The notes under the pieces: generated by a model
Database searches by the model: none
Told to the model about the DNA's origin: nothing
Seen by the model: only the letters and a program-made list of their open reading frames with translations
Shown here: positions 60,601 to 64,000 of the stretch, one piece after another
Position numbering within the stretch: position 1 is the first letter of the stretch
Layout: each line of letters opens with the position of its first letter
Origin: Gammaproteobacteria bacterium
GTDB lineage: Bacteria; Pseudomonadota; Gammaproteobacteria; JAJFKG01
Length of the DNA: 64,000 bases
Direction of reading: 5' to 3'
NCBI GenBank assembly: GCA_965116795.1
Contig: OZ220716.1
Location: 1,962,503-2,026,502, forward strand
Position numbers and translations under genes: made by a program

Positions 60601-61881
60601 TTGATTTTGATACGTAAACTCCACTCCCCTGTTACTAAACTGGGGTTAATAATTTGGCTACTAGCCGCTTTATTTTTTCTATACGAATTTTTCCTGCGCA
60701 CGTTTATAGGAAGCATTGCTCATCAACTTATCCCTGATTTACACTTATCTGCAGAACAATTTGCTATTCTCGGTTCTAGTTATGCAGTTACTTATGGGAT
60801 CATGCAAATTCCAGTAGGGATATTGATTGACAAATTTGGTGTGCGCTTTAACTTAGCATTTGCTGCACTAATTTGCGGACTTGCAACGATTTTATTTACT
60901 CAAATAGATAGCTTTCATGGTGCGTTAGCTTCACGGGTACTAGTTGGTTTTGCATCATCCTTTGCATTTATTAGCTTATTGATTGTTGCTATTACCTGGT
61001 TCCCACAACGTTATTTTGCTTTTTTTGCTGGGCTATCACAATTTATTGGTACACTAGGTCCATTGTTGGCAGGTGGGCCACTAGTGTTGTTACTGGTTCA
61101 CACACATAATAATTGGCGCATTCCGATATTTTGGATTGGCATTATTGGTATTGTACTCGCCGTCGTAATCATTACTTTCGTACGCGATAATCATTCTGCG
61201 AATGACGATGTTAACAAACTAAAACACAATATAACCCAATTGAGTCGACTAAAGCAGCTAGCAACAAACCAACAAGCATGGGTAATTGCACTCTATTCAG
61301 GTGCTATTTATGTATCCCTGCCATTTTATGGCATTATTTGGGGAACTGAGTATTTACAATCACGTGGATTAACCCAGGCTAGCGCTGCCAGTATTATTTC
61401 AATGGCATGGGTAGGTTATGCGATTGCTTGTCCATTATTAGGTGCATTTTCTGATATTGCTAAACGGCGTAAACCTATTTTAATTGGATGTGGTATTTTA
61501 GGCATTATTGTCACGATAGCGATTGCCCTTGTTACAATTCCATGGCATTGGTTATATGTCGTGTTATTTCTGGGACTTGGATTTGCTGCTTCTGGACAAA
61601 ATATTGGATTTGCTACGATCTCCGAACAGGTTGATACTCACAGCAAAGCCAGTGCATTGGGGCTTAACAATGGCATGATTTCATTATTCGATGCCCTACT
61701 TCCACCTCTTTTTAGTTTACTGATTATATTACCTACACAAGGTGGTCGTGCACCTATCGCCAGTGACTTTATTCCAGGCCTTAGTTTCTTACCGCTAGTT
61801 TTTTTAGCTGCAACACTGATTGCCTATTTCTGTATTAAAGAGACGTATTGCAAACCGCAGAAAGAAGTACTTTATGGATAA
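60601..61881 (+). CDS. MFS transporter, Pht (phagosomal transporter)-like
   Basis: About 12 TM; ALFFLYEFFLR, MQIPVG...DKFG.R, WG..YL, G..SD...RRKP. Confidence 0.8.
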   Translation: MILIRKLHSPVTKLGLIIWLLAALFFLYEFFLRTFIGSIAHQLIPDLHLSAEQFAILGSSYAVTYGIMQIPVGILIDKFGVRFNLAFAALICGLATILFTQIDSFHGALASRVLVGFASSFAFISLLIVAITWFPQRYFAFFAGLSQFIGTLGPLLAGGPLVLLLVHTHNNWRIPIFWIGIIGIVLAVVIITFVRDNHSANDDVNKLKHNITQLSRLKQLATNQQAWVIALYSGAIYVSLPFYGIIWGTEYLQSRGLTQASAASIISMAWVGYAIACPLLGAFSDIAKRRKPILIGCGILGIIVTIAIALVTIPWHWLYVVLFLGLGFAASGQNIGFATISEQVDTHSKASALGLNNGMISLFDALLPPLFSLLIILPTQGGRAPIASDFIPGLSFLPLVFLAATLIAYFCIKETYCKPQKEVLYG

Positions 61882-61884
61882 AAC

Positions 61885-62910
61885 ATGAAAAATAGTTGTT
61901 TGAAGATCTGTGATGCCACTATTCATCCCGGTGAACGTTTGTCACTAGCATTACCATTGCCAGAATTATTTAGTTGTGCACCAATCTATATGCCACTAAA
62001 AGTGAACCACGGTAAACAACCAGGTCCTTGTTTACTAATAACTGCAGCAATGCATGGCAATGAATTAAATGGCACAGAAATTATTAATCGTCTACTTAAT
62101 TTAGCTCAGCTAAAAGCATTACGAGGAACATTAATTACTGTTCCCATTCTCAATGTATACGGTTTTTTGAATCGATCACGTACGTTACCTGGTGGAATTG
62201 AGCTTGATACGGTATTCCCTGGGACATCTCTTGGTAGTCATGCATCGCGTATGGCACACATATTTACTCAAGAAATATTCTCACTAGCTGATGTTTGTAT
62301 CGATTTACAAACAGGGTTTCTTAATCATACTAACTTGCCACAAGTATATGTTGACTTTAATAATGAAAAAGCGCGTCAATTAAGTCAAACATTTAATACT
62401 CCTATTATTTCACGGATAAACATTACCAAAGGTGGTTTAGCAGCAGTTGCTCAAAAACAGCAAAAGCCTTTTCTGTTATACGAATCTGGTGAAGCAATGC
62501 GTTTTGATGAATATGCTATTAAGACAGGCATGAAAGGAATTATTAATGTCATGAAAGAGCTTGGAATGTTGCCAAACAAAACAACTATAAAAAATAAAGC
62601 CATCACAAAAAGCCATTTTACAGAAGGCAGCATTTGGGTCAGGGCTAGCACTAGTGGTATCAGCCATACCAAATATAAATTAGGTGAATATATCAAAAAA
62701 GGTCAACAACTATGTGTTATTCGTGATCCTTTTGGCGCAACAGATGATGTAACGCTTGATAGCCCATTAGATGGTATTATTGTTGCTAAAAATAATTTGC
62801 CATTGGTTCATGAAGGCGAAGCATTATTTCAACTTGCTTTTTTCCCAAAAATGCAACAGGCATCAGAGCATTTACAAGATTGGAAAGCTCAAGGTGTACA
62901 ACCTTCGTAG
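61885..62910 (+). CDS. succinylglutamate desuccinylase/aspartoacylase-family (M14-like) deacylase
   Basis: AAMHGNELNG, FPG...GS.ASR, DLQTG, YESGEA.RFD, PLVHEG.ALF. Confidence 0.88.
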   Translation: MKNSCLKICDATIHPGERLSLALPLPELFSCAPIYMPLKVNHGKQPGPCLLITAAMHGNELNGTEIINRLLNLAQLKALRGTLITVPILNVYGFLNRSRTLPGGIELDTVFPGTSLGSHASRMAHIFTQEIFSLADVCIDLQTGFLNHTNLPQVYVDFNNEKARQLSQTFNTPIISRINITKGGLAAVAQKQQKPFLLYESGEAMRFDEYAIKTGMKGIINVMKELGMLPNKTTIKNKAITKSHFTEGSIWVRASTSGISHTKYKLGEYIKKGQQLCVIRDPFGATDDVTLDSPLDGIIVAKNNLPLVHEGEALFQLAFFPKMQQASEHLQDWKAQGVQPS

Positions 62911-62918
62911 ATGATTAT

Positions 62919-64000
62919 ATGACTAATAAACCTGCTTCTCCTATTAGTTTACTTGGTTTAATTATTTGGTTACTAGCAGCATTATTTTTCTTATATGAAT
63001 TTTTCTTGCGAACATTTGTTGGTACCGTAGCTCATCAAATTATTCCAGATCTACATTTATCTGTGGAACAATTCGCTATTCTAGGCTCAAGTTATTATAT
63101 AACTTACGGTATTATGCAAATACCAGTAGGTATTCTAGCTGATAAATTTGGTGTGCGTATTATTTTAACATTTGCAACACTAATATGCGCAACTGCAACA
63201 ATTTTATTTAGTTATGTTCATAGTTTTCACGGTGCTTTAGCAATGCGGATTTTAATTGGATTCGGTTCATCATTTGCTTTTATTAGTTTATTAGTCGTTG
63301 CAGTAACCTGGTTTCCACGGCGCTACTTTGCTTTTTTTGCTGGTGTATCACAATTCATTGGTACGCTGGGGCCATTATTAGCGGGTGGTCCGTTAGTATT
63401 ATTATTAGCATATGCACATAATAATTGGCGTATTCCTTTATTTTGGATTGGCATCGCTGGAATTTTATTAGCATTATTGATTGGTATCTTTGTACGTAAT
63501 AATAGACCAGTTTCAACAACCAACTTAATCAAATTACAACACAATATTCCACTATCAGTACAATTAAAGCGTTTGATAAAAAATTATGATGTATGGACTA
63601 TTGCACTGTATTCAGGCTTTATCTATATTTCTATTTCATTTTATGGCGTAATTTGGGGTGTTGAATATTTACAATCACGCGGATTAACTCAAGCTAATGC
63701 CGCTAGTATTATTTCAATGGCATGGATAGGTTATGCGATTGCTTGCCCATTATTAGGGGCATTTTCTGATATTGCTAGGCGTCGCAAGCCCGTTTTAATT
63801 GGCTGCGGGATACTGGGAATTATTATTACGGTAATGATTACCTTTGTTGCTATCTCATGGCATTGGTTATATGCCGTGTTATTTTTTGGGCTTGGATTCG
63901 CTGCTTCTGGGCAAAATGTTGGGTTTGCCGCAATTGCTGAGCAAGTTGATACATATAACAAAGCAAGTGCCTTAGGCCTTAATAATGGAATGATTGCATT
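62919..64000 (+). CDS. second Pht-like MFS transporter, paralog of 60601 gene (runs off window)
   Basis: ATG 62919 gives MTNKPASPISLLGLIIWLLAALFFLYEFFLRTF; long near-identical DNA tracts shared with the 60601 gene. Confidence 0.88.
   Translation, partial: MTNKPASPISLLGLIIWLLAALFFLYEFFLRTFVGTVAHQIIPDLHLSVEQFAILGSSYYITYGIMQIPVGILADKFGVRIILTFATLICATATILFSYVHSFHGALAMRILIGFGSSFAFISLLVVAVTWFPRRYFAFFAGVSQFIGTLGPLLAGGPLVLLLAYAHNNWRIPLFWIGIAGILLALLIGIFVRNNRPVSTTNLIKLQHNIPLSVQLKRLIKNYDVWTIALYSGFIYISISFYGVIWGVEYLQSRGLTQANAASIISMAWIGYAIACPLLGAFSDIARRRKPVLIGCGILGIIITVMITFVAISWHWLYAVLFFGLGFAASGQNVGFAAIAEQVDTYNKASALGLNNGMIA

Noticed and set aside
94-63961. Many short antisense or overlapping ORFs in the six-frame track
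   Set aside because: They are shadows of well-supported genes on another frame or strand, without RBS or motifs.
40000-64000. GC-skew inversion within the window
   Set aside because: Hand sampling of a few lines was ambiguous; it needs a cumulative skew computation, so it is not claimed.

Overview
AT-rich (roughly 38% GC by eye) gammaproteobacterial chromosome segment, most likely Legionellales/Coxiellaceae-like. The assignment is an inference from Pht-type MFS paralogs, a CBU_0585/DUF3460-like protein, ankyrin and Sel1 proteins and a PmrA-type promoter. Most of the window is housekeeping: aroA-cmk-rpsA-lapAB-pyrF, coaX, TPP riboswitch-thiE-thiM-thiD, nrdAB with NrdR and DnaA boxes, comEC-msbA-lpxK, accD-folC-dedD-cvpA-purF, ribBA-ribH, acnA, murB, fimV-truA and def. 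Accessory content: an effector-like Sel1/ankyrin patch interleaved with an AmmeMemoRadiSam locus, a bufferin-type (DUF2282/DUF692/DUF2063/DoxX) RiPP cluster, two apparently identical 563-bp tnpA-only IS200/IS605 elements, and several families of ERIC-like, REP-like and MITE palindromes, some nested. One IS copy interrupts comEC, and its precise removal restores the reading frame. The best candidate for an undescribed system is a stand-alone tyrosine recombinase with a perfect 12-6-12 palindromic site 12 bp upstream of its start codon, an arrangement reminiscent of XerS/difSL-type single-recombinase systems.
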